Notes: a model not told the origin generated them from the letters alone. Positions 26,227 through 36,216 are shown, numbered from the stretch's first letter. The stretch: 64,000 nucleotides of DNA from Clostridia bacterium (GCA_017456545.1 JAFTJE010000017.1:6981-70980), one strand, 5' to 3'. Program-made: numbers and translations.

Positions 26227-26643
26227 TCATCTCGAAGCCTTGAACATGTAAGTGGCACCATCAGTTACAGGAGTAGAATCAACGCCCGTCATAGCATAGT
26301 CGCCGCCTATGTACAATGCCCAATAGGTCTCATCCTTATCAAAATCCTGTGTTATGCCGTTTACCTTTTTGACATACAATCCAAAGGCTCCGTCTTCTCC
26401 TTCTATAAGGTCATGCTCCAAAAGAGCCTCCGAAAGAACTTCCTTGTCTGTCTTTATGGTAAATTTAACCTTTGTGCCGTCAATATGATTGGCTATAAAG
26501 GTAATTGTCTTGCTTCCTGTACCAAGAGTTGTGTCCTCGGTGTAAAGCATTTTTTCCTCTTCACCGTCTCCACATGAAGCAGTGAAAATGCATATGCTGA
26601 ACATCATCAGCAAAGCAAGTGTGAGTGATAGGATTTTTTTCAT
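26227..26643 (-). CDS. Lipoprotein with a transcobalamin-like C-terminal (DUF4430) domain
   Basis: I place the start at ATG 26643 (MKKILSLTLALLMMFSICIFTASCGD). This gives a signal peptide plus lipobox, with RBS GAGGAAAG upstream. The C-terminal part (GAFGLYVKKVNGITQDFDKDETYWALYIGGDYAMTGV) matches my recollection of DUF4430. The longer ORF-track version runs into the riboswitch leader. Confidence 0.65.
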   Translation of the reverse strand: MKKILSLTLALLMMFSICIFTASCGDGEEEKMLYTEDTTLGTGSKTITFIANHIDGTKVKFTIKTDKEVLSEALLEHDLIEGEDGAFGLYVKKVNGITQDFDKDETYWALYIGGDYAMTGVDSTPVTDGATYMFKASR

Positions 26644-26699
26644 TTTTCTTTCCTCTTTTCTTTTATCTATATATGATAAAACAAAGAGTACGGGAATTT

Positions 26700-26900
26700 T
26701 GCTCAAAATACGCTGTTTTTTAGTAACGGTAGCGTTTTTTGTCGCATTTTCTCGCTTTCTTTGGCTCTGCCCTTCCGTTCCTTCGAACACCTGCCCAAGG
26801 GAGATTTTACCATCCGGTCTTTCACCGAAAATATATATGTGGCATTCCGACTGTTACGGCAATGGCTGTTGCGACGGATTTGCACCGTGCTTTCCCCCAT
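26700..26900 (-). promoter_or_regulatory. Candidate cobalamin (B12) riboswitch leader
   Basis: The minus-strand RNA reads GGGGGAAAGCACGGUGCAAAUCCGUCGCAACAGCCAUUGCCGUAACAGUCGGAAUGCCAC. It contains the conserved GGGAA...GGUG.AAAUCC core with flanking ACGG/CCGU pairing. It also contains a GAAUGCCAC B12-box-like element (complement of 26839-26847). The closing helix is GGGGGA (26893-26898) with UCUCCC (26799-26804). A downstream hairpin ACGCU/AGCGU plus AUUUU may be the expression platform. Confidence 0.6.
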
Positions 26901-26917
26901 ATATATCTATATACAAA

Positions 26918-27361
26918 TTATTTTTTCAAAAAATGCTGAAGCTCCTCCATAAAGGTTTCCACATCCTTGAATTCTCTGTATACGGAAGCAAAACGAACAT
27001 ATGCCACCGCATCCTTATTGCGAAGCTCTCTCATCACCATTTCACCAAGCTCCACGGAGGATATCTCGGTTTTAAGAGAATTTTGCAGCTCCGATTCTAT
27101 CTTATCTGCTATTTTACCCGAGTCTACAGGTCGTTTCTGACACGCCTTCATAAGACCGGACAAAAGCTTTTTCTTATCAAAATATTCTCTCGAGCCATCT
27201 TTTTTTATTACAATAGGCTGTATTGTTTCAATTATCTCATAGGTTGTAAATCTCGCCTGACAGTTGAGACATTCTCGCCTACGCTTAATGCTGGCGTTCT
27301 CGTCAACGGGACGGGAGTCGGTCACCTTACTTTCCTCATGACCGCAATGGGGACATTTCAT
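26918..27361 (-). CDS. nrdR: Transcriptional repressor NrdR
   Basis: 147 aa with an N-terminal zinc ribbon ([18 protein letters not shown]...[12 protein letters not shown]) followed by an ATP-cone. Confidence 0.95.
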   Translation of the reverse strand: MKCPHCGHEESKVTDSRPVDENASIKRRRECLNCQARFTTYEIIETIQPIVIKKDGSREYFDKKKLLSGLMKACQKRPVDSGKIADKIESELQNSLKTEISSVELGEMVMRELRNKDAVAYVRFASVYREFKDVETFMEELQHFLKK

Positions 27362-27416
27362 ATCAAATACCTCATTAATTTATTTTATATATTTTAACAT
27401 AACGCATTACAAAAGT

Positions 27417-27450
27417 AAAGAGTACGACCGAAAATCGTACTCTTTATTTT
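27417..27450 (-). terminator. Intrinsic terminator after the NhaC-family gene
   Basis: 11-bp stem AAAGAGTACGA / TCGTACTCTTT with a 7-nt loop. T-rich runs on both strands follow the stem. Confidence 0.75.
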
Positions 27451-27452
27451 AA

Positions 27453-29372
27453 TTAAAGCTGTTTTGTCTTCTTCTTTGAAAGATACTTCATAACGAAAAG
27501 TGTACCGATAAGAAGTGCAATAGCAACAGGAATTGCAAGATATGCAACCCAATCGGAAATCAATGTAAATACGCCTGCAAGAATAAATGAAATAAAGGAT
27601 ACTCCGGCTACTGTAATAGCGTATGGAAGCTGAGTTTCTACATGCTCAACATGGTTGCACTGTGCACCTGCGGACGCCATGATTGTGGTGTCTGAGATAG
27701 GTGAGCAGTGGTCTCCGCATACTGCACCTGCAAGGCATGCCGACATGCCGACAGTACCGAGAATAGTACCTGCGGGGAATATTGCAAGAACGATAGGAAT
27801 AAGAATACCGAAGGTACCCCATGATGTTCCTGTGGAGAATGCGATCACGCAAGCTACTATAAATATAATAGCAGGCAAGAACGCCTTAAGTCCCTCAGCT
27901 CCGCTGAGAAGATTATCAACAAATACATCCGAGCCGAGAAGACCTGTCATATTCTTAAGGGATGTTGCAAATGTAAGGATAAGGATTGCGGGTACCATTG
28001 CGATAAATCCCTTAGGAATGGACCCCATAGCCTCCTTAAATGTAATAGCCTTACGGAACATAAGGTATACGATTGTAAAGAGAAGAGCAATGAGTGAGCC
28101 CCAAGGCAAGCCAACTGTTGCATCGGTATTGCCAAATGAGCCTATAAAGTCAAGATGATATTCACTGCTGCTATCAAAGAATCCGCCGTTGTAAATAAGA
28201 GCAATAACACATGCTACAATAAGAACTATAATAGGAAGAACAAGGTCAAGAACTCTTCCGTTTTCAGAAGCACCGTCGTGCTCATCCTCAGCCTCAATTG
28301 CACCGAGGTTGCCTGTTGTCTGTGCCTTGAACTCAACTCCTGCCATTTTGCCGTAATCAAAGCCCATAATAGCAATTGCTACAACGAAAATGAGAGTAAG
28401 TATTGAATAGAAGTTAAAGGGAATTGCTGTAACAAACATCTTAAGTCCGCTTGTTCCCTCGGGAGCATATGATGAAACTGCAGCAGCCCAGGATGAAATA
28501 GGAGCTATCATACATACAGGAGCAGCAGTTGCGTCGATTATGTAGGAGAGCTTACCTCTGGAGATGCCGTGGCTATCTGTTACAGGACGCATTACGGAGC
28601 CAACTGTAAGGCAGTTAAAGTAGTCGTCAATAAAGATAAGAACGCCAAGAACAAATGTTGCGATTGTCGCACCAACCTTGGATTTGATATTCTTCTGAGC
28701 CCATCTGCCGAACGCCTTGGAGCCTCCTGCCTTGTTAACAAGGACTACCATAGCACCGAGAATAACAAGGAATATAAATATTCCGGCTGTTCCGGATACG
28801 GATGCAATAAGACCGTCGTTTATAACAGTGTCGAGAGTCTTGGGTATGTTATAGCCTGCGTTAAGAAGTGCACCGATAACAATACCGATAAAGAGTGAGG
28901 AATAAACCTCCTTTGTAATAAGTGCAAGAGCAATTGCAATGATAGGTGCGGCAAGAGACATAAATGTACCAAAATATCTGCTGCTGTTCTCAAGCTCACC
29001 TGTGCCACCGCATTCCTCACACTGGAATGCCTCTATATAGGTGGCTTTTTCCATATCGCCATTTTCGATTTCCTCTGCGTGGTCACTGTTATATTTTTCC
29101 ACACAGGCAGGGTCTGTACAAACAATAACGGTTTTTTCTCCGTCACAGTCGTCACAGCAATCCACTATTGCTGTTTTTGTTGTTGCCTTCTGGCAATAAG
29201 GACATGTATATGCGTCACAGCTTACCTTTGTCTCCCACTTGCTTCTTGCAGTGCAAGGACGGGTTTCCCCTGCATTTACTACAATGCTGCATACAACAAG
29301 TGCAATGAGAAGGACAGCAAGAACGGACGCCATTACAATGTTCTTCTTGCTTTTGAAAAATTCCTTAAGCAT
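27453..29372 (-). CDS. NhaC-family Na+/H+ antiporter-like transporter with an extra N-terminal TM and Cys-rich module
   Basis: 639 aa. From about aa 135 the body is polytopic (FMSLAAPIIAIALALITKEVYSSLFIGIVIGALL...), typical of NhaC-family proteins. The first ~130 aa hold one TM and then 11 Cys in CxxC / CCxxC / CxxC arrangements. Confidence 0.75.
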   Translation of the reverse strand: MLKEFFKSKKNIVMASVLAVLLIALVVCSIVVNAGETRPCTARSKWETKVSCDAYTCPYCQKATTKTAIVDCCDDCDGEKTVIVCTDPACVEKYNSDHAEEIENGDMEKATYIEAFQCEECGGTGELENSSRYFGTFMSLAAPIIAIALALITKEVYSSLFIGIVIGALLNAGYNIPKTLDTVINDGLIASVSGTAGIFIFLVILGAMVVLVNKAGGSKAFGRWAQKNIKSKVGATIATFVLGVLIFIDDYFNCLTVGSVMRPVTDSHGISRGKLSYIIDATAAPVCMIAPISSWAAAVSSYAPEGTSGLKMFVTAIPFNFYSILTLIFVVAIAIMGFDYGKMAGVEFKAQTTGNLGAIEAEDEHDGASENGRVLDLVLPIIVLIVACVIALIYNGGFFDSSSEYHLDFIGSFGNTDATVGLPWGSLIALLFTIVYLMFRKAITFKEAMGSIPKGFIAMVPAILILTFATSLKNMTGLLGSDVFVDNLLSGAEGLKAFLPAIIFIVACVIAFSTGTSWGTFGILIPIVLAIFPAGTILGTVGMSACLAGAVCGDHCSPISDTTIMASAGAQCNHVEHVETQLPYAITVAGVSFISFILAGVFTLISDWVAYLAIPVAIALLIGTLFVMKYLSKKKTKQL

Positions 29373-29398
29373 TTGTGTTTTCCTTTCAAATTGTATAT

Positions 29399-31192
29399 TT
29401 ATTTTTCTTCGTCCGGTGTAATAACTGCAATACCCAATTCCTTAAGGTCATCGGGATTTGCAAAGGAGGGACATTTTGACATAAGCTCAGAGGCGTTCTG
29501 CATCTTAGGGAATGCAATAACCTCACGAATATCCTCAAGTCCCAAAAGAAGGGTTACAAGACGGTCAAGACCGAAGGCAAGACCACCGTGGGGAGGTACT
29601 CCGTACTTAAATGCATCAAGGAGGAATCCGAATTTCTCCTGTGCATCCTCCTTGCCAATGCCGAGAATAGAGAACATATGCTCCTGCATTTCGGTAGTGT
29701 GGATACGGATTGAGCCACCTCCGAGCTCTGTACCGTTAAGAACTATATCGTAAGCTCTTGCACGAACTCTGCCGGGGTCAGTGTCGATAAATTCATAGTC
29801 CTCTGCCATAGGAGCTGTAAAGGGATGGTGCATAGCATAATATCTGCCATCCTCCTCACTGTACTCAAAGAGGGGGAACTCTGTTACCCAAAGGAATTTG
29901 AACTCATCAGCTCTAAGAAGTCCGAGACGCTTAGCACACTCACAGCGAAGAGCACCGAGAGTGTCGAAAACTATCTTATTCTTGTCTGCGACAACAAGTA
30001 CAAGGTCTCCGTCACAAACATCCATAAGCTTCATAATTTCTGCGTTTTCACCTTCTGTAAGGAATTTAGCGTAGGATGAGGAAATCTCACCGTTCACCTT
30101 TTTGAGCCAAGCAAGACCCTTTGCCTTATACTGCTTTGCAACCTCTGTCAAGGAATCAATTTCCTTTCTGGAGAACTTAGCTCCTCCCTTAACATTGATA
30201 GCTCTTACGCTACCACCGTTTGCAATAGCTCCGGCAAATACCTTGAACTCAGTATTTTTTACAGCCTCTGAAATATTCTTAAGCTCAAAGCCAAAACGCA
30301 TATCGGGCTTGTCCGAGCCAAAGCGTTCCATAGCCTCGTGCCATGTGATTCTCTCAAAGGGTGTCTTTATTTCCTTACCCATAAAATTATCAAAGATGTA
30401 TTTGATAAAGCCTTCATTGATAGCGATGATTTCATCCTCATCGGTAAAGGATATTTCCATATCTATCTGTGTAAACTCAGGCTGACGGTCTGCACGGAGG
30501 TCCTCATCACGGAAGCAACGGGCGATCTGGATATAACGGTCAAAGCCGGAATACATAAGAAGCTGCTTATAAATCTGCGGAGACTGGGGAAGGGCATAGA
30601 ACTTACCGTTATGCACACGGCTGGGAACAAGATAGTCACGGGCTCCCTCGGGTGTGGGACGGATAAGGTTAGGAGTTTCTATGTCTATAAATCCGTTCTC
30701 GTTGAAATAGTTTCTTGTAAGGTTGGTAATTTTTGAACGGGCAATAATATTTCTCTGCATATCGGGACGGCGAAGGTCAAGGTATCTGTGCTTCAGGCGA
30801 AGGTCAGCCTTAACATCGCTGTTTTCAACAATTTCAAAGGGAGGTGTCTGTGCCTTTGTGAGAATCTTAAGCTCACTTACCGCAATTTCAATTTCACCTG
30901 TTGGGATGTTTTTGTTTATTGCACCCTCTCCACGGGCTCTTACAATACCCTTAGCACAAAGAACGAACTCAGCACGCACGGAAAACGCCTTTTCAAATGC
31001 TTCTCTTTCGGTATTGTCATCAAAGGCAAGCTGAACTATTCCACTTCTGTCACGGAGGTCAATGAAGATAAGGGAGCCTAAGTCTCTCTGCTTCTGAGCC
31101 CAGCCTAATACACAAACCTTTTTGCCTAAATCCTCTTTTGTAATTGTACCGCAATAGTGGGTACGCTTATCGTTTTTTTCAAATTTTTCCAT
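29399..31192 (-). CDS. aspS: Aspartate--tRNA ligase
   Basis: 597 aa with class IIb boxes FIDLRDRSGIVQ, QSPQIYKQLLM, FRDEDLRADRQPEFTQID, GGGSIRIH and GLAFGLDR. Confidence 0.95.
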   Translation of the reverse strand: MEKFEKNDKRTHYCGTITKEDLGKKVCVLGWAQKQRDLGSLIFIDLRDRSGIVQLAFDDNTEREAFEKAFSVRAEFVLCAKGIVRARGEGAINKNIPTGEIEIAVSELKILTKAQTPPFEIVENSDVKADLRLKHRYLDLRRPDMQRNIIARSKITNLTRNYFNENGFIDIETPNLIRPTPEGARDYLVPSRVHNGKFYALPQSPQIYKQLLMYSGFDRYIQIARCFRDEDLRADRQPEFTQIDMEISFTDEDEIIAINEGFIKYIFDNFMGKEIKTPFERITWHEAMERFGSDKPDMRFGFELKNISEAVKNTEFKVFAGAIANGGSVRAINVKGGAKFSRKEIDSLTEVAKQYKAKGLAWLKKVNGEISSSYAKFLTEGENAEIMKLMDVCDGDLVLVVADKNKIVFDTLGALRCECAKRLGLLRADEFKFLWVTEFPLFEYSEEDGRYYAMHHPFTAPMAEDYEFIDTDPGRVRARAYDIVLNGTELGGGSIRIHTTEMQEHMFSILGIGKEDAQEKFGFLLDAFKYGVPPHGGLAFGLDRLVTLLLGLEDIREVIAFPKMQNASELMSKCPSFANPDDLKELGIAVITPDEEK

Positions 31193-31194
31193 TT

Positions 31195-32460
31195 TCAGAT
31201 CTCCTCTGTGAGAACATTGTAAATATTATCTATTTCTATTTCTTGCTGTTCACTCTTTTTCATATTCTTGAGCTGAGCACGACCGTTTTCAAGCTCGCTG
31301 TCTCCAATGATGAGAGTGTACTCAGCACCTATTTTGTCAGCGTATTTCATCTGTGCCTTAAGACTGCGTGCACATATATCACACTCGGCATAAATGCCCC
31401 TGTCCCTGAGCTGTGCAACTATGGACAGTGCCTTAGAAACAGCCTCATTACCGAGGGGAGCAATATACAGCACAGGATTGTTTTCGGGAGTGTCTGCACA
31501 TCCGCTTTCCTTCATTGCCAGTATAACACGGGTAAGTCCCATACCGAAGCCAATGCCGGGAAGAGCAGGACCGTCAAGCTGCTTCATAAGACCGTCGTAG
31601 CGTCCACCACCGCAAACAGTGCTCTGTGCACCGATGCCGTCGCAGATAAACTCAAATACAGTCTTTGTATAGTAGTCGAGTCCTCTTACTATTCTTGTAT
31701 CCACCGTGTAGTCAATACCCATAGCATCCAGATATTTCTTCAAGCTCGCAAAGTGCTCATTACACTCCGTGCAAAGATAATCTATTGTGTTGGGAGCTCC
31801 CTTTGCGATTTCGGAGCAAACAGGACTCTTACAGTCAAGGACTCTTAATGGATTTGTCTTAAGTCTTTCCTTACAGGTATCGCAAAGCTGCTCCTCATTC
31901 TCGGAGAAGTAATCAACAAGAGCCTGTCTGTAATTGGGTCTGCACTCGGGACAGCCGATTGAGTTTATATGAAGCTTAACACCCTTTATGCCGAGCTCCT
32001 TAAGTAAGGTGTGAGCAAGGGAAATTACAGTTGCATCGGCAGCCGGAGACGCTGCACCGAACATCTCTGTACCAAATTGGAAGAACTCTCGGCTTCTGCC
32101 CGCCTGCGGCTTTTCATAACGGAAGCAATTTATCAGATAATAGTATTTAAGAGGCATAGCATCGGAGGTCTTACCGTTTTCGATAATTGCTCTTACTACG
32201 GACGCTGTTCCCTCGGGACGAAGTGCAAAAACTCTGTTTTCCTTATCGGTAAGAGTGTACATTTCCTTTTGTACAACATCGGTTACCTCACCTACACCCC
32301 TTTTGAAGAGGGCAAGGTCCTCAAAGGTCGGAGTCCTTATTTCTCCAAAGCCAAAGCGTGACGCCACATCTCTTGCTTTTTCTTCGATTTTATGCCAAAG
32401 AGCCACATCCTCGGGAAAAATATCCATCGTGCCTCTGGGCTTTTGAATTTTATTTGCCAT
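31195..32460 (-). CDS. hisS: Histidine--tRNA ligase
   Basis: 421 aa with the boxes LRPEGTA, FRYEKPQAGRSREFFQFG and CGGGRYDGL. Confidence 0.95.
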   Translation of the reverse strand: MANKIQKPRGTMDIFPEDVALWHKIEEKARDVASRFGFGEIRTPTFEDLALFKRGVGEVTDVVQKEMYTLTDKENRVFALRPEGTASVVRAIIENGKTSDAMPLKYYYLINCFRYEKPQAGRSREFFQFGTEMFGAASPAADATVISLAHTLLKELGIKGVKLHINSIGCPECRPNYRQALVDYFSENEEQLCDTCKERLKTNPLRVLDCKSPVCSEIAKGAPNTIDYLCTECNEHFASLKKYLDAMGIDYTVDTRIVRGLDYYTKTVFEFICDGIGAQSTVCGGGRYDGLMKQLDGPALPGIGFGMGLTRVILAMKESGCADTPENNPVLYIAPLGNEAVSKALSIVAQLRDRGIYAECDICARSLKAQMKYADKIGAEYTLIIGDSELENGRAQLKNMKKSEQQEIEIDNIYNVLTEEI

Positions 32461-32530
32461 TTCTACCTCTTTAGTGTAAATATGCGTTATTCTCGCATAT
32501 TATATTATAAATAAACTTTTCATAGCATAT

Positions 32531-32559
32531 ATTATATCAATTTTAACTATCTGTGTCAA
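32531..32559 (-). promoter_or_regulatory. Consensus sigma-A promoter of hisS-aspS
   Basis: On the minus strand: TTGACA (32554-32559), 17-nt spacer, TATAAT (32531-32536) preceded by TGa. Confidence 0.75.
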
Positions 32560-32580
32560 TAGTATTAATTGAATTTAAGA

Positions 32581-32617
32581 AAAATAAAAAGGATCCCCAA
32601 AAATAGGGAATCCCTTT
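32581..32617 (-). terminator. Intrinsic terminator of spoVG
   Basis: Transcript AAAGGGAUUCCC UAUUUUU GGGGAUCCUUU forms about 11 bp with one bulge. It is followed by UUAUUUUU. Confidence 0.7.
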
Positions 32618-32637
32618 AATATATAATTACGACTCAA

Positions 32638-32946
32638 TTAAACATTGACAATCTCGAAGTTATCTTCCTCGTTCATTGCGTACTTTGCATTTTCAAGCTG
32701 GTCAAAGTAAGCTTTGATCACTGCGCCCTCAAGCTCTGCACGGAACTCTGCATTGATGGGGTGAACTATATCACGGAATGTACCGTCGGGATTTTTTCTG
32801 CTGGGCATAACTATAAAATACTTGTCCCTTGCATTGATAACCTTAATATCGTGCACAGCAAGGGCTCCGTCAAAGGTTACGGAAACCACAGCCTTCATAG
32901 GTCCGTCATCGAAAAATTTTCTTATTTTGATATCTGAAATTACCAT
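32638..32946 (-). CDS. spoVG: Septation protein SpoVG
   Basis: 102 aa, MVISDIKIRKFFDDGPMKAVVSVTFDGALAVHDIKVINARDKYFIVMPSRK... Confidence 0.95.
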   Translation of the reverse strand: MVISDIKIRKFFDDGPMKAVVSVTFDGALAVHDIKVINARDKYFIVMPSRKNPDGTFRDIVHPINAEFRAELEGAVIKAYFDQLENAKYAMNEEDNFEIVNV

Positions 32947-33108
32947 TTTTATGTCCTCCGTATAGGTAAAATTGTCGGTTGCACCGTTTACAAATACATT
33001 ATATCAACTAAATGTGAACTGTGTTGGTAAAATATGAAATAATTATGTGAAATCGTATGATTATTTTTGTGAAACACCATTGAATCTTGCTGAAAAAGGG
33101 AGAATTTT

Positions 33109-34473
33109 ATGATTAGAGGAGCAAACCGTCCCGACAAAAAAGAATTGAAAAAATTATTCAAAGCATCCAAAAAAATATTTTTCATAGGCATTGGCGGAAT
33201 AAGCATTAGCTCCATTGCCGAGTATTGCGTATACCTCGGAAAGGAGGTATACGGCTACGACAGAGAACGAAGTGAGGCATGCAGAAAGCTCGAAAGAGTA
33301 GCAAAGCAAATAAAGTATTGCTCAACACCCGACAGTGCAAGTCATATGGATCTGGTTGTCTACACCTCGGCAATTGATGAAAGCAACTTTGAAATGCAAT
33401 GTGCAATAAGGGAGGGGCTGCCCCTTGTTACAAGGTCGGAGCTTCTCGGATGCATCATGACAGACTATAAAGAAAGAATAGGAATTGCGGGAATGCACGG
33501 AAAAAGCACTGTAACCTCTCTTATTGCTCACATTTATGAGTATGCATCCTTGGACCCGACAGTTATGTGCGGAGCCGTAATGAAGGATTACTTAAGTCCG
33601 TATAAATTCGGTGGACGGAATAATTTTATATTTGAAGCCTGTGAATATAAGGACGCATTTCACGATTTTTGCCCTACGGATGCCATTATTTTGAACATAG
33701 ATTACGACCACCCTGACTATTTTAAGTCAACGGAGCAGATTATTTCGTCCTTTGAAAAATATGCAGACAGCGCAAACCGTGTATTTATAAATGCAGACGA
33801 TGAAATATCCAAATCACTTAAAATACATAGTAAGCCCGTCGTTTCCTTCGGTCTCTCTCCCGATTCGGATTATTCGGCAAGGGACATATCCTTGGGGGAG
33901 TGTTGCAATTTTACGGTATACAAAGGGTCGATCCCCTTAGCAAGATGCAGAATGAAGCAGAGTGGAATACATACGGTATACAACGGACTGTGTGCCTTTT
34001 CCGTTGCTTATGAGAACGGGATAGATAAGGAAGCTATAAGTGATGCCCTTTATAGCTTCCGTGGGAGTGAAAGACGGCTTGAATATTATAAAAAAAGTCG
34101 GGGGAGTGGCGATATTTACATAGATTATGCCCACCATCCAAGAGAAATCTCTGCTACTCTTAACGGTCTTTCTTATATGGGGTACAAAAATATTCTCTGC
34201 GTTTTCCAACCCCACACCTATTCCCGTACTTACGCACTGTACAAGGAATTTACAGAGTGCTTTTCCATTGCCAAAAGATTAATTTTAACAGATATTTACC
34301 CTGCACGGGAGGAAAACATATACGGAATAAAAGCAGAGGAGCTGGCAAGAGACGCAAACGGAGAATATATATCCGACTTTAAGATAATCGCCGAGGAGAT
34401 TGCCTCATCTGAAAACGATGCCATTGTTATCATGGGTGCAGGTGACATAATTAAAATAAAAAAGTTTATGTAA
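33109..34473 (+). CDS. murC: UDP-N-acetylmuramate--L-alanine ligase
   Basis: 454 aa with FIGIGGISISS (N-terminal Rossmann), GIAGMHGKSTVTS (P-loop) and DYAHHP. Confidence 0.9.
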   Translation: MIRGANRPDKKELKKLFKASKKIFFIGIGGISISSIAEYCVYLGKEVYGYDRERSEACRKLERVAKQIKYCSTPDSASHMDLVVYTSAIDESNFEMQCAIREGLPLVTRSELLGCIMTDYKERIGIAGMHGKSTVTSLIAHIYEYASLDPTVMCGAVMKDYLSPYKFGGRNNFIFEACEYKDAFHDFCPTDAIILNIDYDHPDYFKSTEQIISSFEKYADSANRVFINADDEISKSLKIHSKPVVSFGLSPDSDYSARDISLGECCNFTVYKGSIPLARCRMKQSGIHTVYNGLCAFSVAYENGIDKEAISDALYSFRGSERRLEYYKKSRGSGDIYIDYAHHPREISATLNGLSYMGYKNILCVFQPHTYSRTYALYKEFTECFSIAKRLILTDIYPAREENIYGIKAEELARDANGEYISDFKIIAEEIASSENDAIVIMGAGDIIKIKKFM

Positions 34474-34546
34474 TTAAGCTCTTTACTTTGACCCGACTAT
34501 ATGATAAAATATATAGGATAAGTATGATTAAGGAGGTATTACGGAG

Positions 34547-35302
34547 ATGGAGCAGTATTCTTTTCTTGCAGGAGTATATGATTCTCTCAATTCCGATTTC
34601 GACTATGAGGGATACGCTGATTATATTGACAGTGAGATAAGAAAATATGAGAAAATCCGTTCCTCCCTTGTTCTGGATCTTGCCTGTGGAACAGGTAAAA
34701 TAACCTTTGCACTGCGTGACAGAGGCTATGATATGACAGGTGTGGACTTAAGCGAGGATATGCTGTCTGTAGCAAGGGATATATGCTATGAAAACGACAT
34801 TACCGATATTCTGTGGCTATGCCAGAGTATGCAGAGCTTCGAGCTATACGGTACGGTGGATGCCTGTGTATGCTGTCTTGACAGTCTTAATTACCTTACA
34901 AGCTACGAGGACATTAAAAAGTGCTTCAGCCTGGTGCATAACTACCTTATCCCCGATGGAGTGTTTATTTTTGATATGAATACCCCTTATAAATTTGAAA
35001 ACACTTACGGTAACAATGCATATGTTTTAGAGGATGAGTCCTCCCTTGTGGCGTGGCAGAATGAGTATAATAAGAAAACGGGAATATGCAAATTTTATCT
35101 TAATATATTCGTTGAAAATCAAGACGGCACCTATACAAGATACGATGAGGTGCAGAGGGAAAAATGTTATTCCCTGCAAAGGATAAAAAGGGCTCTCTCG
35201 GACTGTGGCTTTGAAATAATAAGGATATGTGGCGATACGAACGGTAAGGAGCTTACAGACAGTGATGAAAGATGCTACTTTACCGTACGGTGCCTAAAAT
35301 AA
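34547..35302 (+). CDS. Class I SAM-dependent methyltransferase
   Basis: Motif I VLDLACGTGKIT, with downstream acidic motif II/III spacing. Confidence 0.85.
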   Translation: MEQYSFLAGVYDSLNSDFDYEGYADYIDSEIRKYEKIRSSLVLDLACGTGKITFALRDRGYDMTGVDLSEDMLSVARDICYENDITDILWLCQSMQSFELYGTVDACVCCLDSLNYLTSYEDIKKCFSLVHNYLIPDGVFIFDMNTPYKFENTYGNNAYVLEDESSLVAWQNEYNKKTGICKFYLNIFVENQDGTYTRYDEVQREKCYSLQRIKRALSDCGFEIIRICGDTNGKELTDSDERCYFTVRCLK

Positions 35303-35325
35303 CAGATTAAAAAGAGGATAATAAA

Positions 35326-36216
35326 ATGGGAAAATCAACTATTCTTCGTGCCATGACCAGTGACGGAAGTGCACGAGCATATGTAATAAATTCAAAGGAA
35401 ATAGTAAATCAAGCCATAAAATACCACGGCACTGCACCCACAGCGTCGGCACTTCTCGGCAGACTCCTTACAGCTGCATCGGTAATGGGAACCATGTTGC
35501 CCGAGAAGGAAAATCGCCTGACTGCTACCATTAAGGGCGACGGAATCGCAGGTACGACCCTTGCCTGTGCAGACTATTACGGAAATGTAAAGGGATATAT
35601 TGCCAATCCCCTTGCCGATGCACCTAACAAGCCTAACGGAAAGCTTGATGTATCCGGTATTGTCGGAAACGGTCTTTTCTGCGTTTCCAAGGATGTGGGA
35701 GATGATGTTCCCTTTAACGGTACTATTGAGCTTGTAAGCGGAGAGGTTGCAGAGGATATTGCCCAGTATTATGCAGTAAGTGAGCAAACGCCCACCCTTT
35801 GTGCACTCGGTGTTCTTATAGATACAGACCATACCTGCCGTGCGGCAGGTGGCGTTTTCGTTCAGCTTTTGCCCTTCCCCGATGAAAGTATAATCGCAAG
35901 GCTTGAAGAAAACTCTAAATTCCTAAACAATATCTCAACTAAATTTGATGACGGTCTTTCCAACGAGGATATACTGAAGATTGCTTTGAACGGTATCGAG
36001 TACGATTTATTTGACGAATTAGAGGTAGAATACAGGTGCGACTGCTCCGTTGACAGAATAAAGAGAGCCATTGTCAGCCTTGGAAAGGAAGAAATAGAGA
36101 GTATTTTCGAGGAGCAAAGAGAAAAAGGCGAGGAAGAAAAAATCGAGCTCGAATGCCATTTCTGTGATAAAAAATATGCCTTCCGCAAGGAAGATGTGGA
36201 TAAGCTGTTCTCATAA
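35326..36216 (+). CDS. hslO: Redox-regulated chaperone Hsp33
   Basis: 296 aa with the C-terminal zinc centre CDCS...CHFCDKKY. Confidence 0.9.
   Translation: MGKSTILRAMTSDGSARAYVINSKEIVNQAIKYHGTAPTASALLGRLLTAASVMGTMLPEKENRLTATIKGDGIAGTTLACADYYGNVKGYIANPLADAPNKPNGKLDVSGIVGNGLFCVSKDVGDDVPFNGTIELVSGEVAEDIAQYYAVSEQTPTLCALGVLIDTDHTCRAAGGVFVQLLPFPDESIIARLEENSKFLNNISTKFDDGLSNEDILKIALNGIEYDLFDELEVEYRCDCSVDRIKRAIVSLGKEEIESIFEEQREKGEEEKIELECHFCDKKYAFRKEDVDKLFS

Noticed and set aside
26644-26790. N-terminal 49-aa extension of the DUF4430 ORF
   Set aside because: It reads through the riboswitch-like leader. The internal ATG at 26643 gives a textbook lipoprotein signal with an RBS.
26582-27397. 271-aa + strand ORF
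   Set aside because: It is antisense to nrdR and to the riboswitch leader. It has no RBS and a low-complexity product.
32461-32530. T-box riboswitch upstream of hisS-aspS
   Set aside because: The consensus promoter at 32531-32559 leaves only a ~65-nt leader with one small hairpin. That is too short for a T-box, and I see no specifier-loop or T-box sequence.
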